Below, one piece after another: positions 61,603-64,000 of a stretch of DNA of 64,000 nt. Where the stretch lies: positions 29,939 through 93,938 of the forward strand of contig CAZELK010000004.1 of NCBI GenBank assembly GCA_964513145.1. The letters are read 5' to 3'. The position numbers were made by a program, and so were the translations under genes. The DNA is from Candidatus Woesearchaeota archaeon (GTDB lineage: Archaea; Nanobdellota; Nanobdellia; SCGC-AAA011-G17; JACPIM01). Numbering within the stretch: the first letter of the stretch is position 1; every line of letters begins with the position of its first letter. Below the pieces are notes generated by a model that was not told where the DNA came from, made no database searches, and worked only from the letters and a program-made list of their open reading frames with translations.

Positions 61603-62412
61603 ATGAGAAAAAGCACAAAAAAGGGTTTGTTTTTAATATTATTTTTAATTTTAGGGAGTTTTGATTTTTATAACAGGGATTCTGAATGGTCTATTACTGG
61701 AAAAGTTATTCATAGCTTTAACCCTGAAAACGGGATTAAAATAGCTAACTGGAATTTGCAAATATTCGGGACAAAAAAAGCTGATAATTATGAATTAATG
61801 AAAAGTTATGCTGATAAGATTAATGACTATGACATTATTTTTGTTCAGGAAATAAGAGACAGTTCTGAAACTGCTTTTGACAAATTATGCTCTATGCTTC
61901 CAGGATATAATTGCGATATTTCAAGCAGGGCTGGAAGAACAAGCAGCAAAGAACAATATGGAATTATTTATAATAACACTATAAAATTGAATTTTATAAA
62001 AGATTTTAATCCAGATTTGCAGGACAGATGGGAAAGACCGCCAATAATGGCTGAATTTGATTTAATAAATTATAATTTAACTATTTTTAACATTCATGTT
62101 AAACCTGAAGATGCTAAAAACGAGCTTGATTATTTGGATGATGTTGCTTTAAATAAAAATTATACATTAATTTTAGGTGACTTAAATTCCGACTGCTCAT
62201 ATTATGACAATTCTGAAGAAACTGAATTTGAAGACTGGAACTGGATTATAAAAGACACTGATGATACAACTAGCGGACAAAGCAACTGCGCTTATGACAG
62301 GATTATTTTAAGCAACGACTTAAACAAGAAATTTATTCGCTATGATATTGACAAGGATGTTAACAAAGAACAAAGTGACCATTACTTAATCTGGCTTGAG
62401 TTAAGGGTTTAA
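61603..62412 (+). CDS. secreted DNase I-like endo/exonuclease/phosphatase
   Basis: ANWNLQIFG, VQEIRD, EQYG, GDLNSDC, YDRI, SDHY. Confidence 0.92.
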   Translation: MRKSTKKGLFLILFLILGSFDFYNRDSEWSITGKVIHSFNPENGIKIANWNLQIFGTKKADNYELMKSYADKINDYDIIFVQEIRDSSETAFDKLCSMLPGYNCDISSRAGRTSSKEQYGIIYNNTIKLNFIKDFNPDLQDRWERPPIMAEFDLINYNLTIFNIHVKPEDAKNELDYLDDVALNKNYTLILGDLNSDCSYYDNSEETEFEDWNWIIKDTDDTTSGQSNCAYDRIILSNDLNKKFIRYDIDKDVNKEQSDHYLIWLELRV

Positions 62413-62436
62413 CTTTTCCCCCAAAGTTATTTTACC

Positions 62437-62640
62437 CTAAATTTGAGGCAGTTCATACACAGCGCCTACAAAATACTTTCCACCTTTAGGCTCCAAACAT
62501 ACTCTGGTTCTGCCTTTTTTGTATAAAGACGGACCATCGCCTAGTTTAAGTTCTGTTGGTTCAAGGCCGTATTCTGCTAACTCGCTTTGCGAAAGAACTG
62601 CGCCTTCACTCAGTTCTTCTAGCCCCATTTTGCACCTCAA
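62437..62640 (-). CDS. small hypothetical protein
   Basis: 67-aa ORF. Confidence 0.5.
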   Translation of the reverse strand: MRCKMGLEELSEGAVLSQSELAEYGLEPTELKLGDGPSLYKKGRTRVCLEPKGGKYFVGAVYELPQI

Positions 62641-62776
62641 AACTTTTTAGTCATGATTAAAATTAACTTCTATAAAAATATTTTCTTTTCCAGTTAAAGC
62701 TTAACTAATTAGACTTATAGACTTTAATAAAAAGAGCAAATATTATTTTTTGTATTTTTCCAATATTTTATTTATT

Positions 62777-62899
62777 TTAAGAAAAATATTTTAATTTTAA
62801 AGCTTTATAAGCTAGATAAAAAAGCAAAGCAATCATCATTACTAAGAGTATTCTTGCATCAATAACAAAACCTTTTTTATTTAATGTTTTAAACTCCAT
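62777..62899 (-). CDS. 40-aa peptide with class III (prepilin-type) signal
   Basis: MEFKTLNKKG|FVIDARILLVMMIALLFYLAYK...; GAGGATGAG upstream. Confidence 0.5.
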   Translation of the reverse strand: MEFKTLNKKGFVIDARILLVMMIALLFYLAYKALKLKYFS

Positions 62900-63002
62900 T
62901 TTCTCATCCTCTTTAAAACCTCTTGACTTTAAAAATACTGTGATGACAAATGTGAATATTTCGAAAAGAAGATTTTTAAATTCGAAATTATTTCAATAAT
63001 TT

Positions 63003-63131
63003 ATGCAAACAGAAAGAGAAATGGTTGAAAGGGCAATTAATGAAACTAGTTTGGCTTTAAAAAAAGTTGTTTTTGGTTTTTTAATTATTGTTATATTAAT
63101 TATAGTTTTAATATGGTATTTAATGAAATAA
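63003..63131 (+). CDS. small single-TM protein (42 aa)
   Basis: MQTEREMVERAINETSLALKKVVFGFLIIVILIIVLIWYLMK. Confidence 0.45.
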   Translation: MQTEREMVERAINETSLALKKVVFGFLIIVILIIVLIWYLMK

Positions 63132-63219
63132 AGCGTGGAGCAGGATTCGAACCTGCGCAAAACCGCTGTCTCCCAAAACAGGCTGCAGGCGGTCCCATTA
63201 ACCGCTTTGGTACCCACGC
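63132..63219 (-). tRNA. tRNA-Cys(GCA) with 15-nt intron at 37/38 (63168-63182); U73; no CCA
   Basis: GCGTGGG/TCCACGC acceptor; ACCGC-CTGCAG[intron]A-GCGGT; GGTTCGAATCC. Confidence 0.9.
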
Positions 63220-63351
63220 ATATTATAGAAGACAAATTCGTTACTTTTAAAAGTTTTCTTTAATTTTGGGAATGTAGCATACAGGAATTATTGCACCCCT
63301 ATTTCTTAAGATATGAACCTCAAAAGTTAGAAGGCAGTTTAGCGTATCTTT

Positions 63352-63738
63352 TTAAAATACTATGCTCTCAGATTTCCAACCATCAGGAACTCTATAATTT
63401 TCATTAAGTATGGTTGCCTTAGAAATCCTATCTTTTACAAAAGTCCTCTCTTCATTTCTTAAATGACAATAAGCTATAATAAATTTATGATTAAATTGAT
63501 AAATTGAAACTGTCCTCCATTTTAATTCATCTGAAGACAGGCTGTAATATCTAATTTTTACTTTCTTTTTTTCTTTAAATGCTTGTCTTAATAGGGTTTG
63601 AATTTCCTTCTTATCTTCAACATATCTTAGTTTTTTCTCATTTTTTATTTTATTTAGAACTTTTTCCGCCTCTTTATCTTTAGATCTTATTAAAATCTCT
63701 TTTAATTTTTCTTTTTCATATTTTGTAAGAGATACCAT
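63352..63738 (-). CDS. stand-alone WYL-domain protein
   Basis: VKIRYYSLSS..KWRTVSIY...AYCHLRNEERTF..DRI. Confidence 0.88.
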   Translation of the reverse strand: MVSLTKYEKEKLKEILIRSKDKEAEKVLNKIKNEKKLRYVEDKKEIQTLLRQAFKEKKKVKIRYYSLSSDELKWRTVSIYQFNHKFIIAYCHLRNEERTFVKDRISKATILNENYRVPDGWKSESIVF

Positions 63739-63739
63739 A

Positions 63740-63976
63740 TTACTTTTTCTTTAATTTTACTTTTTCTTCTTTAAGTTTGAAATGTTTTGATAAATATTGC
63801 ATAATTTCCTGAAAAGTTATTTCTTCTGAAATAAGAAAGACCATATCCTTATCCCATCTATTCTTTAACATTTTTGCTTTATTGAACATTTTGATTATAG
63901 AAAACTCATCTCCTGATTCATGACATTTCTTTTTTACAAGCTCCATATTTATTGGAAGTCCTTTTTTCAAAATCAT
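63740..63976 (-). CDS. hypothetical protein
   Basis: 78-aa ORF near the window edge. Confidence 0.5.
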   Translation of the reverse strand: MILKKGLPINMELVKKKCHESGDEFSIIKMFNKAKMLKNRWDKDMVFLISEEITFQEIMQYLSKHFKLKEEKVKLKKK

Positions 63977-64000
63977 GTAAACATCATAATGGTCTCTCGG

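Noticed and set aside
62993-63235. 80-aa minus-strand ORF
   Set aside because: Reads through the tRNA-Cys gene; not protein-like

Overview
Very AT-rich archaeal genomic DNA, most likely DPANN (Woesearchaeota/Pacearchaeota-like). The evidence is an unannotated 33-aa eL41 gene, two CCA-less tRNAs with archaeal introns, GGTGA-type Shine-Dalgarno sites, many short orphan genes and S-layer/Ig-like secreted proteins. Layout: (1) 1-10 kb, surface-glycosylation locus (nucleotidyltransferase, AlkP-family, DUF362, GT39, GT2). (2) 13 kb, tRNA-Glu with a D-loop intron, then hicBA bracketed by copies of the tRNA 3' end. (3) 15-31 kb, dispersed arginine/ornithine catabolic genes (ArcE-like COG2403 ATPase, carbamate kinase, Giardia-type OTC with a probable AUA start, aldehyde dehydrogenase, class-III aminotransferase carrying a LAGLIDADG intein). 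These are interrupted by a DIP1984-family gene with a ~200-nt structured heptamer-repeat RNA candidate, a free-standing LAGLIDADG gene and broken toxin genes. (4) 31-38 kb, mixed housekeeping and TA genes. (5) 39-60 kb, large surface-protein locus with shared DNA repeats. (6) 60-64 kb, small genes, a secreted DNase-like gene, tRNA-Cys with an intron and a WYL gene. No CRISPR array, rRNA, integrase, transposase or reverse transcriptase was seen. All family calls come from motif recognition; no database searches were run.
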